DNA of 64,000 bases from Podarcis vaucheri. Taxonomy: Eukaryota. Positions within the stretch are counted from its first letter, which is position 1, and every line of letters begins with the position of its first letter. Where the stretch lies: NCBI GenBank assembly GCA_965113315.1, contig OZ220375.1; one strand, given 5' to 3'. The notes beneath the pieces are model-generated. The model searched no databases. It was given only the letters and a program-made list of their open reading frames with translations, and was not told the DNA's origin. This document shows positions 1 through 10,076 of the stretch, piece after piece. The translations under genes were made by a program, and so were the position numbers.

Positions 1-1476
1 CGCTCGCTCCGCCTCCGCAGTCCAAACAAACTTCTTTTTACTGCTGAGACAGTCCGTAATGGGCGCCGTCAGGTGGGCGAAGTTTCAGATGAACTTACGA
101 TAAAAGTTTCCAAACCCTAGGAACCTCTGCACATCCTTCTTGGTTTTGGGTGTTTTCCATTCCAGCACTGCCTGAACCTTGCCGGGATCCATGGCCAATC
201 CCTTGTCTGACAGGCGGTACCCCAGGAATTCCACCTCCTTGGTATGAAACTGACACTTCTCCAGTTTCACCCACAGCCTGTTGGCTTGCAGCCTGCTCAA
301 CACTTCTCTGACGTCTCTCACATGTTGCTCCTCATTCTCCGAATACACCAACACATCATCTAGGAAGGCCACGCAATTCTTGTAGAGCAAAGGACCCAGT
401 ACGTGGTTCATAAACGATTGAAAGCACGCTGAGCCTGCTTGTAATCCAAAAGGCATAACGAGATATTCAAATGCCCCCAAAGGGGTGAACATGGTGGTTT
501 TCCATTCATCCCCTTTCCTTATACATATCAGGTTGTACGCCCCCCTTAGATCCAGCTTTGTAAAAATCTTTCCCTTCCGCACCCTGGTCAAAATATCATC
601 AATCCTGGGCATAGGGAAAGCCACTGGTTCTGTCACTGCATTTAACCGCCTGAAATCACATACAAGTCTCGGCTTGTCCGTGTGCTTTTTATCCACAAAA
701 AACACTGGGCTGCCCCCCGCTGCTTTGGACTCTCTGATGAAGCCTCTCTTCAGGTTCTTGTCAATGAACTCTCGCAACTCCTGCATTTCTCTGTCTGACA
801 TGGCATACAACTTGCCTACAGGAAGCTGTGCTCCAGGGAGTAAATTGATCTGGCAGTCAAAGGGCCTATGCGGGGGTAGTTGGTCGGCTTCCTTCTCGCT
901 GAACACGTCGCTGAGATCTGCATACTGTGGTGGTACCTTCACCTTCTCCATTACTGCAGTCCCTGCTAGGGTGGCTTGGGCCCCTGCTGAACCCTTTTCC
1001 CCTTTGCAGTGTTCTAAGCAATGTGCTGAACCAAAGGAAACCACTCTTTGATGCCAGCCCACCAGCGGATCATGTAGCGCTAACCAACTCATTCCCAAAA
1101 TAATGGGAGCGCCTCCCAAGGTGGCCACATTAAACGCTATCAGTTCTGTGTGCCTTGCCACCCTCATTATCATTGGGACGGTCTGCAAGCTGACTCCTCC
1201 TCCCAACAACTCCCTGCCATCGATCGTGGTCACCTGCAGGGGGTTGCTTAAAGGGATCGTCTGTATCTGGTGTTCAGCGGCAAACTCCTTGCTCATAAAA
1301 TTGCAGGAGCTGCCTGAGTCCAACAGCGCCTTTATCTTTAGGGGGTGTCCATTTTGCAGCTCTAGCGACACTTCAATCACTAGAGCAGGTTGAGGAGCTT
1401 CTGGCACGGGCACTTTCACTGCTCTTTGGCCTGGCTGCAGTGCCCCGACTGTGGCAACCAGGCGTTGGCTTTTACC
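1..1476 (-). pseudogene. Gypsy pol (aspartic protease + reverse transcriptase) with an in-frame TGA at 85-87
   Basis: ORF 85..1419 has protease and RT motifs and is open upstream to the slippery site at about 1470. After the TGA the same frame continues NFAHLTAPITDCLSSKKKFVWTAEAERA to base 1, as expected for the RT-RNaseH connection. Confidence 0.9.
1408..1476 (-). other. -1 programmed ribosomal frameshift signal (slippery heptamer + H-type pseudoknot)
   Basis: G_GUA_AAA (1476-1470), 6-nt spacer, stem1 GCCUGGUUGC/GCAGCCAGGC, stem2 GGGCACU/AGUGCCC. pol is in the -1 frame relative to gag. Confidence 0.8.
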
Positions 1477-2430
1477 TGCTCCGTTTCTCCCTGCTCTCCT
1501 CCCTCAACAGCTCCCACCATCCCTTGCCATTCCTTCCTCTGGGGGCAGACTCTGGCAAAGTGGCCTGGCTGTTGGCAGAGATAGCATTTCCGGGCGCCCT
1601 TTCCCTCCTTCTTAGCCCCCTCACTGGGCTTTGAAACTGCGCGCGCGCGCGCTGTTCCGATTTCCATCGGCTCTGCCGGCGGGAAAGCTGGCTCAGGAAT
1701 GTCTGGAATGCGGAACTCCTTCCAACGTTCCCCTCTCCCTTCCCGCCTCTCCAAGGCTCTTGCCTCCTGGCGCGCTCCTATGGTCAGCGCAGATTTGGTC
1801 AGCTGATCCATAGACACCGCCCTGGGGCCCCGGGACAGTTCGTCTTTCACAGCCGAAGAAAGACCTTCTTCAAACAGCATCTGAATGGGTGCCACCGATA
1901 AATCCCACCCCAATCTGTGAACCAGCATGGTAAACTCAGTCCAGTACTCACGGACAGATCGACTTCCCTGCTTGCAAGCCATTAGCTGTCTGCGCACCAC
2001 CCCTTCCTCAATATCGCTGGAAAACATGATATCCATTGCACGAAAGAACTTCATAGTGTCCTTTAGGACGTCATTGTGCGTTGCCATCAGGGGTCTAACC
2101 CAGTCCCTCGCCCCCCTTCTCAAGATGCCCAATCACGAACGCAACTCGCGATTCCTCATCAGGGAACTCATCAAACTGCGCATTAAGGGCATATTGCATC
2201 TCTGTCCTAAAGGCATGGTAGTCCTTGGGGTCCCCCCCAAACTTCTGCACCAATCCTGGTACCTTTCTGGGGAACTGGGTGGCTCTCCCCTTCTTGTCTG
2301 CATCCTGAGCCCTTCTCTCCTCAAGCCTCGCCGTCTGCAGCGCAAGTTGGATTTCCAACGCTCGGTATCTGTCTTCCAAGCTTGGACCAGCTCCAACCCC
2401 TGCTCCTTCGGTTCCGGCTGGGTCGCTCAT
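1416..2430 (-). pseudogene. Gypsy gag, broken by one frameshift near 2110-2122
   Basis: ATG of MSDPAG is at 2430. ORF 2095..2568 gives the N-half (..VIGHLE) and ORF 1416..2132 the C-half (GARDWVRPL..CCHC). The span is 1015 nt = 3n+1. Confidence 0.88.
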
Positions 2431-2464
2431 GATGCTTTCTCCTGCACAGGCAGCGTACAGAGAC

Positions 2465-2928
2465 TGTCGGACTGCTGTTGTGGGATGATTAGCTGCTTGT
2501 GCGTAAAATCGTGCTCCCTCAGAGTTTGTGCGGCTCCACAAACCTCTGTGTGTGACAGAGCTCCTCAAACATGTCTGCTCTAGTCACTCGTAGAGTCCGA
2601 CAGTGGCTGTCTGCGGAAGCGCTTCCAGCATAGAAGCTCCTTAACAGAAACGCGTCTCCTGGACTCACGACGTGGCAGCTTCCGGCGAGGCATGGGTCTC
2701 CCTATGGGAGCTTCTGACACCTCCCCGCTGTTCTCACTGGACGTGTCCCTCATCCCTCCCTCTTCCCTGCTAGTTCCTGCTTTGGCTGCTGCGTCTCTCT
2801 CAGCATTCATGAGATCCTCCTCCAGAGTACCCTCTCTCCCCCTGCTGGTCCCTGCTTTCGCTGCTGACTCCCTCCCAGCCTCTGTGAGCCCTTCCACCTC
2901 CCTTTCTTCCGATGTCAGTTCCCTGACA
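2465..2928 (-). repeat. 5' LTR of the Gypsy element
   Basis: Starts TGTCAGG (2928). Probable end ..CCGACA at 2465, about 35 nt before the gag ATG. The 3' boundary is not confirmed because the 3' LTR is outside the window. Confidence 0.65.
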
Positions 2929-3706
2929 GGGTTGTTTCACTCTTCCAGGAAACATTGTGGAGGTCCTCTCGATCTCATTATCTATTGCTTTACCATTCCA
3001 TTCTCTAGTGGAAATCCTCAATCAGTATTTTTTCCCAGATACTCTGTAACTTCTCCAGCCTCAGCTTGTCCAGTACATTTTTATTCACCATTTTTTGCAT
3101 CTCTGCAATCAGTGGTTTCAGTATTTTCACCATACTGAGTGCTTTCTTTGAGATCCACACAGTCCTTGCTTATCAAAAGTACTTTCCTAGCATTCTTCTC
3201 CCACAGCAGCACGACCATGTAGTTTCACATTACAATCAACAGATTCACCAGTGAGGTGGAGGATCAAAAATAAAGTGAAACAAAATCAAAACAACTCAGA
3301 GCTCCTCTTAGCTGTTTAGAAACTTTCGTAGGTACGTATATTTAAATAATGCTTTTTGTTCTATTTTCTTTTCAGCCCTCTAGTGTCATCTCCTCTTAAG
3401 TCCAGCAGTCAGGACTTATTTCAGATGAGCCGTTTAACCAGCAGACAGAAAACTTCGGTCATAATTTATAGCAGTTTCAGAAGCAGTTGAAGAAAGGGAG
3501 GTTTGGTCAATCTTTGCCCAAGGACTGACCCTCCTAGGGCTATTAAGTGGGGTTTGGACAAGATTGCAGTTCTTCCTCTTCCCAGTCACGCACCCAAACA
3601 GCTTCCTTAAAGGTTTCTCAGTCCCAAAGTGAGAGAGAAACCCTTCCACAGCACTGGAAGTTAATCCCTGTTATCTCTGTTCCTCAGAGATAATATGATA
3701 GCTAAT

Positions 3707-4067
3707 AAAAGGTAAAGGTACCCCTGCCCGAACGGGCCAGTCTTGACAGACTCTGGGGTTTGTGCGCCCATCTCACATCTATAGGCCGGGAGCCAGCGCT
3801 GTCCGGAGACACTTCCGGGTCACGTGGCCAGCGTGACAAAGCTGCATCTGGCGAGCCAGCGCAGCACACGGAACGCCGTTTACCTTCCCGCTGGTAAGCG
3901 GTACCTATTTATCTACTTGCACCCGGGGGTGCTTTCGAACTGCTAGGTTGGCAGGCGCTGGGACCGAGCAGCGGGAGCGCACCCCGCCGCGGGGATTCGA
4001 ACTGCTGACCTTTCGATCGGCAAGCCCTAGGCGCTGAGGCTTTAACCCACAGTGCCACCCGCGTCCC
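3707..4067 (-). mobile_element. Sauria-type SINE, full length
   Basis: tRNA-like head GGGACGCGGGTGGCACTGTGG..GGTTCGAATCCC-like and (ACCTTT)n tail. 12-bp TSD ATGATAGCTAAT at 3695-3706 and 4068-4079. Confidence 0.9.
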
Positions 4068-4665
4068 ATGATAGCTAATGGTTATCATTAATCACCACCT
4101 AATTATGTTTGTCAATGGAGTCTCAAGAGGAGATATCTAATGAGCCATGATTCCTCCCCAGAAATCTGGCCTGATTTCCACCCAACACTGGTGTCTGTCT
4201 AAATTATTTCTGCTGCACTCACAAGCCACAAAATGCACCTTTCAGACTCTGAAAATCCAACACTGGTTATATCTAAATCCTAAAGAGAAATCTAGTGTGA
4301 CATCTCTGGAGAAGTTGCTCTGCGAGGGAGTGCGGAATGGAGCTGGGAGTCTATCTGTTGTATGAGTTCTTTGATGCCCTTCCATGGAATCACACACTCC
4401 CCCCCCCCGGAAGAGCTGTACCCTCCTTTGGACAACACCAATCACAATAGTGATGTATGTGTTTCCTGAAACAGCCCATAATTTTGTAGCTCTGAATTTC
4501 CTTCACTGAGCCATCACTTGGACTGGCAGGTCCAAAGGTCTCCTACAACTCTCTCATTCCATGATCCCTGCATCTCAGAGTATCTCTCTATTTTTTATCC
4601 AACACTAATTACAGTACATGTAAATCTTAATGGGAAAACTAGTGTGCCATCTATTATCTACTGGC

Positions 4666-4907
4666 GAGAGCCAGGTTAAGAGCGGTAGACTCATAATCTG
4701 GTGAACCAGGTTTGTGTCTCCGCTCCTCCACATACAGCTGCTGGGTGACCTTGGGCTAGTCACACTTCTTTGAAGTCTCTCAGCCCCACTCACCTCACAG
4801 AGTGCTTGTTGTGAGGGAAGAAGGGAAAGGAGAATGTTAGCTGCTTTGAGACTCCTTTGGGTAGTGATAAAGCAGGATATCAAATCCAAACTCTTCTTCT
4901 TCTTCTT
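4666..4907 (+). mobile_element. tRNA-derived squamate SINE (Squam3-type), A-box partly deleted
   Basis: GAGAGCCAG..GGTTAAGAGCGG..GCTGGGTGACCTTGGG..(CTT)n tail; homologous to 24177-24435. Confidence 0.85.
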
Positions 4908-5988
4908 GAGAAGGCACTCTGCTAGGGATGGGGAATGAAGCTGGGTGGGTGAGTTTATCTATTGTATGAGTTCTCAGATATCAGGTTGACACCTGAAATT
5001 CCTCTGAGGCTAAGGGTGCACACATTAAGGCTCCAACCCCATGAATTCCCCTCACCCCCCCCCCATTTGCTGCAAGTCTAAGGTTGTGCCAAATAGCAGC
5101 ATCTCCTCTGTTGGGTGCTTTATCTCAAACATAGGAGCCAACTCCAAGGGGCTGAGGGGCCTTCACCCCCCCAATAAAATATATGAGGGGCAGCCCCTCC
5201 CAAATTGATGGCCATTGCCATTCAAATGGTGAGCATGACTGTATCATGTGATTGATTATGCAGGACAGGGCTTACCTGCCTCCCCCAATTTTTTTCATCA
5301 AGTTGGCATTCCTGATCTAAAATAATAAAAAATGTTTTGAACAGAAGACCCTGAAGAGTGTGATTATATGCTGCAATAATTTAGGCAAATGAATTTTCAT
5401 GCCAATCTTCCCATAGAGATGGGCGAATAAATTGTGGTGGTGTCACAGGACTGCATTTGCCAGCTATGTTCTCATTGGCTCCACCCCAGTCTTCACTCAT
5501 TGAGTCAAAATATCTGAAAGAGAGTATTCACTGCAACTGGGAACCCTGTAAAGTCAGTGCCCTTTGCTGTACAGAGGATTCTTTTCCTTCTATCTTTTAA
5601 AATATTGTATTGATCTGTGAACAAAAGAATTGCAAACACAACAACAAGTAAGAAGATAAAGAATAAGAAATTTAAACCATAAAGCATCAGAGCCTGGAAC
5701 GACAAAAGTACAAAGATGTATTGTGGTTCCAAATAGATAATCAAGTATTAATTCATACAAGGATCCCCTTTACAAATAATAAAGGTTTATAAAAAATAAA
5801 AATATACTTCACCTGTTAGTTCCATCATTATTAATAATAAATATTTTATGTAGTCTTAAAAGAGCCAGACATTTGCATACAATGATGGCACTGAGTGACC
5901 ATGTTCCTCATTATTTTTACAAGAAATGAAATCAAGACATAAAATAGGGCTGGGGAGTCCTTCAAGCACTGCCTTTTAGATGTTTTAG

Positions 5989-6770
5989 TTTGCGTGTTCA
6001 GACCCAGAAACCTCCCCACTAAATAAATTTACACTTTACTCAAATGTTGGTTTTGGTTTTTGGCAGAATTTAGGCCACAACTTTATTGATTACAGAAAGT
6101 GACTGGTTGCATAGACTCTGGTTCGACTAGCTTCCTGCCATCCAGGCATCACTGACCCAGAGTTCCAGCATAGGTCAGCCAAGAGGGAACATCTGGAGAA
6201 GAGGAAAGCTGGGAATGGGCTAACTCTGCCACCCAAATGTCCCCCTGGACTCAGGCACGGGCACAACCCCCTCTCGGGGTTTGACCAAACCATCAAGTCA
6301 TTGGATTCCTTTAACGGAATATCCTTCACATAGGGATGGCGAGAGTATTCTCCCATCCCTATCACCTGAACCAGGGCCTAGCCGCAACCTTACAAGTTGT
6401 GATGATTTGCTACGCGGTAGGCGAAACCCAAATGGCAACAGCCAATCAGCCAAGTGGGGGAAATTCCTGCCCAGAGACAGACAACACATGACGGCATAGC
6501 AAGGTCAAGTGCAAAGCCCTAAAAGTAGGGAGAGGTGGGTGGGTGTTCCAAATGCACACGCCGAAAGAGGAAGCTCTGGGTCATGTGCATGGGTATAAAT
6601 AGGTCCCTCGAACTGTTTGGACTGCGTCCCATTGGCCAGATTGCACCCAGCTATGAGGGACCTACCAATCGGATGTTGTGGCTGAGCAGTCATACCCACC
6701 CACAACACAGGGTGTCGGTTTTCAAGGTCCCACTGCAATACGTGCCCTCTTTAAGGGAGGACCCGATTTC
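5989..6770 (-). mobile_element. ~780-bp interspersed LTR-like repeat (possibly a DIRS/Ngaro-type terminal repeat), copy 1
   Basis: Colinear over its full length with 29362-30132. TATA-like motif and AATAAAGTTGTGGCC on the minus strand. No TG..CA ends and no TSD. Confidence 0.75.
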
Positions 6771-7500
6771 TGAGCTATCTTTTCAAGAATGGCCATTTGA
6801 CAAATTCTTGAGTACCAGCAATAAATAATATATGGATTTGTAAACAAACAAATAAATGGTGGCATGCTGGATCAGATTTATGAATGATCACATGCAAAAC
6901 TGACACAGCATGAAAACAGACTGATACATCTCTAGTTAGGGCACCCTTTAATGGCACATCCCCCCCCCAATGGAACAATATGATGGGTCATTGTAAGATA
7001 AATCAATGCCAGTTCATGGCAGGGTGGGGAGATATAATCTGCAGCCCCAGACAGTCAAAAGTTGTGGGACCTGTCTGGCATGAGGAATTCAACAGTTGTC
7101 AGAAGATGACACGTGTTAATGGTGCCTTGCCATTGTTTGGTACGAAGGCTTCCAGAATCACAACAAAATCTAAACCTTGCATTTCAGGCGGAGCCTTAAA
7201 CCCAAGGAGGTTAAATTTCTGTCACAGTTGTTGGATTAACCCCATTTCTCCTTCCTATGGTTCATTTTATTTAGTTCTGTAGTCCCAAAAGACTACAAAG
7301 GGTGGAATACTAGGTTTTGGAAATCTTTACACTCTTCTGAGTGACATTATACATGTATATGCTCTGCATCTTTTAAAAAAGCAATCAGTGTTGTTAGTTT
7401 CACTAATATCACTGGTGGATTTTTGAAAATGCAAGTCGCAAATCACTTACTCCAAAGTGCTTCTATTGTTTTCAGTTTGTCTCCTCAGTTACAGAAGCAT

Positions 7501-8490
7501 TTAGTTTTGCTGCATTTGGTTGCCTTCCATTGTTCTCTCAGACACAAATTTGCTGAAGGCTTTTGTGAGCGCTTGCTTGAAGTCTCTGTTCCTCAGGCTG
7601 TAGATGAAGGGATTGAACATGGGAGTCAGGATGGTGTAGCAAAGAGAAAAGATTTTGTTCAGATCCCTCAGTGTGTCGGTGTTTGGTAACATGTACACTA
7701 TGATAAGGGTACCATAGAAAATGGTGACCACAATAAGATGAGAGGAGCAGGTAGAAAAAGCTTTCTTCCTGCCACTGTTTGTAGGGATTTTCAAAATGGT
7801 GTTGATAATACAAGCATAGGAGGTCAAGGTCAGTATCAATGGTGGCATGATGCCTGCGAATCCCACCACTGTCATCAACATTTCTGCCTGCTTGGTTTCA
7901 CCACAGGAGAGCATTAACAATGGTGTATAATCACAAAAGAAATGGTCGATTTCATTGGGGCCACAAAAATTCAGATGTGATGCGCAGAATGCCGTAATTG
8001 CAGTAAGTACAGCCCCGATAATCCAAGGAGCAACTGATAACTGAACACATAGTCTTCTGTTCACGAGGGTTACATAATGTAATGGTTTACATATGGCTAC
8101 ATACCTGTCATATGACATCACAGATAAGAGGTAACACTCAGTGCAAGCAAAACAGCCAAAGAAATAGAACTGGAGGAAACACCCACTAAAAGAAATCCCA
8201 TAATAGTCACTCAACAAGCTAGCCAAAAGTTTTGGAAGGGTTGTTGAGGTGTAGCAGATCTCTAAAATAGACAGGTTCCCCAGGAAGAAGTACATGGGCT
8301 TGTGAAGATGATGATCAGCGAGGACTGCTGTGGCTATAAGAATGTTTCCAGCAACTGTTACCATGTAGATTGATAAAAATATAACAAAGAGTGGAGTCTG
8401 CAGTTCAGGAAGCGTCTTGAATCCTAGGAGGATAAATTCTGTGACCACTGTTTCATTATCCCTTTCCTTTTTTGTCACAAATTGTTCCAT
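7501..8490 (-). CDS. Olfactory receptor, class II (reptilian OR11A/OR6-like), intact, about 329 aa
   Basis: Motifs EFILLGF, LHKPMYFFLGNLS, MSYDRYVAICKPLHY, FCGPNEIDHFFCD, KAFSTCSSHL and PMFNPFIYSLRN; N-terminal sequon NET. Start placed at MEQF (8490), just after an acceptor-like TTCTGTTCCAG. Confidence 0.95.
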   Translation of the reverse strand: MEQFVTKKERDNETVVTEFILLGFKTLPELQTPLFVIFLSIYMVTVAGNILIATAVLADHHLHKPMYFFLGNLSILEICYTSTTLPKLLASLLSDYYGISFSGCFLQFYFFGCFACTECYLLSVMSYDRYVAICKPLHYVTLVNRRLCVQLSVAPWIIGAVLTAITAFCASHLNFCGPNEIDHFFCDYTPLLMLSCGETKQAEMLMTVVGFAGIMPPLILTLTSYACIINTILKIPTNSGRKKAFSTCSSHLIVVTIFYGTLIIVYMLPNTDTLRDLNKIFSLCYTILTPMFNPFIYSLRNRDFKQALTKAFSKFVSERTMEGNQMQQN

Positions 8491-9299
8491 TCTGAGACTA
8501 AATAAGTGCTGGAACAGAAAGCACAGATATAAACATTTTGTGAGTGCCATCTGCTTAACTCCATGAATAGAATATATCTATCTATCTATCTATCAACCAA
8601 CACCCTCTAGATAAGTCACATGGTGTATAACTTCTTAGTGATGTAGCTATGAAAACTAATCAAATTATTATAAATATTCTATCTCTGTAGCTTGGATTAA
8701 TAATTCCTTTTAAAAAATATGGAGACTATAACGTAAAATGAACGACGATGTTGATCAAAATCAAAGCATATGTCAGAAGAGTTGGGAAACATAAACTGCC
8801 ACTGGCAGAAAATATATTATATCACTCAGAATATATTTTGTGTTGCTGAATTCACTTCTTTCTAGCACTTACATCTGATGACATTAGAAGGCCAACACCC
8901 TATATAATCTCCATTTTATTTTAGCCAAAGGACTGTGAAGAGCTCCTGAAAACATCATTTGGGTTGATATTACTAATTCATATCATCTTACTGGAAATAA
9001 TTCCTCCTCCCCTGCCCCTGTCTATTCCCAGATATAAATGATCTGAATCTAAAATCTTAAGAGCCATAGAGAACCACATATATGTATGAGAGACTGGTTA
9101 TGTTGATACACAAACATAAGGCCATGAGTAAGTCAGATCCTTAATTACAATGAGCATACTCTGAGTAGAACGCAGTTGGATGCAGCCCTATATCCCTTGC
9201 CTCATAGTGAATGAGGACCCACAGAACATATTTATCTAACCATTTCCATAAAATATCTCCTCACCATCACTCCTGCTAGACCCATCATTGTGCTACGAA

Positions 9300-9975
9300 A
9301 TCAATACAAAATGTGCAGCAGGTCCTGAGAGAGGTCAACACTCCATCTGATTATGACACACACACACACCTGAAACTACTCCCATCTTTTGCATTCATTT
9401 GCAGAGACCTTTTTACCTTGAAACATGCTCTCCCAATCACTGCCTTGACCTCTGCTTTCAAAATATCAGAATAGCTGGATATAGATTCTATGGTACTTCT
9501 CCATTTCCTCAAACAAAATATCTGACTACAATACAGGTTTGTGCACAGCATTCCGGTCTATTTAGTTTGATTACATCATGCAGTGTTTTATATTTTCTCT
9601 AACACAATGTAAGTTCTCTGGGCAATTCAGCCACAGGGAGTTCCAAGCCGATGCTGATTTCACATAACAAAAGGGCAAAGGGGACCTTTCAGTGGGATGA
9701 ATTTATGCCCTCCACCTCCCTCCCTCCTCCACTCTGTAGAATGGAAATAAGCATTATGGTAAACACACACAAAATTCCCCAAAGAGAACATGTCAATTTG
9801 AAAGATTGCAGCATCTGCTGGGAATGCTCGATTTGTGAATTCTTTAACTGAGCAGGTGCTCGGCTTGGTCAGCCTCTTTGATTCTATAACCCACTCCATA
9901 TCTGAATATCTTTTGTTTATCCAACATTAATTACATGCAAACCTTAATGAGAAAGATAGTGTACAAACTATTGAG
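9300..9975 (-). promoter_or_regulatory. Upstream 5'UTR-exon/promoter module of the OR gene (copy A)
   Basis: Alignable with 13180-13525/16190-16250 and 20955-21330. Donor-like AAG|GTAAAA at 9416, O/E-like GCCACAGGGAG at 9630-9640, homeodomain-type TAATGA at 9945-9950. Confidence 0.45.
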
Positions 9976-9977
9976 AA

Positions 9978-10076
9978 GGGATAGCTCAGTCAGTAGAGCC
10001 TAAAACTCTTAATCTCCGAGCCGTAGCTTCAAGCCCCACATTGGATGAAAGATTCTTGCTTTGCAAGCAGTTAGAC
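9978..10076 (+). mobile_element. Degraded tRNA(Lys)-derived SINE fragment
   Basis: ATAGCTCAGTCAGTAGAGC..CTCTTAATCTC..TTCAAGCCCCACATTGG followed by a non-tRNA tail AAAGATTCTTGC. Confidence 0.6.

Larger units (their letters stand above)
1..2928 (-). mobile_element. Ty3/Gypsy (sushi-ichi/PEG10-RTL1-like) LTR retrotransposon, 5' half; continues beyond the left window edge
   Basis: The minus strand begins TGTCAGG at 2928. It then reads gag (capsid-like KFGGDP..F.DE..RVAFVIGHL, CCHC knuckle CYLCQQPGHFARVC), protease (LLDSGSS) and RT (KLDLRGAY, YLVMPFGL, FLDDVLVYS) in Gypsy order. Confidence 0.95.

Noticed and set aside
2440-2465. Primer-binding site of the Gypsy element (tRNA or Tf1-type self-priming)
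   Set aside because: There is no TGG-type PBS, and only about 6 nt of complementarity to the LTR was found; not supportable.
485-2583. Long plus-strand ORFs 485..1051 and 1927..2583
   Set aside because: They are antisense shadows of gag/pol with no recognisable motifs.
9978-10050. tRNA-Lys-like sequence
   Set aside because: The stems are broken, the B box is degenerate and a SINE tail follows, so it is a SINE relic rather than a tRNA gene.
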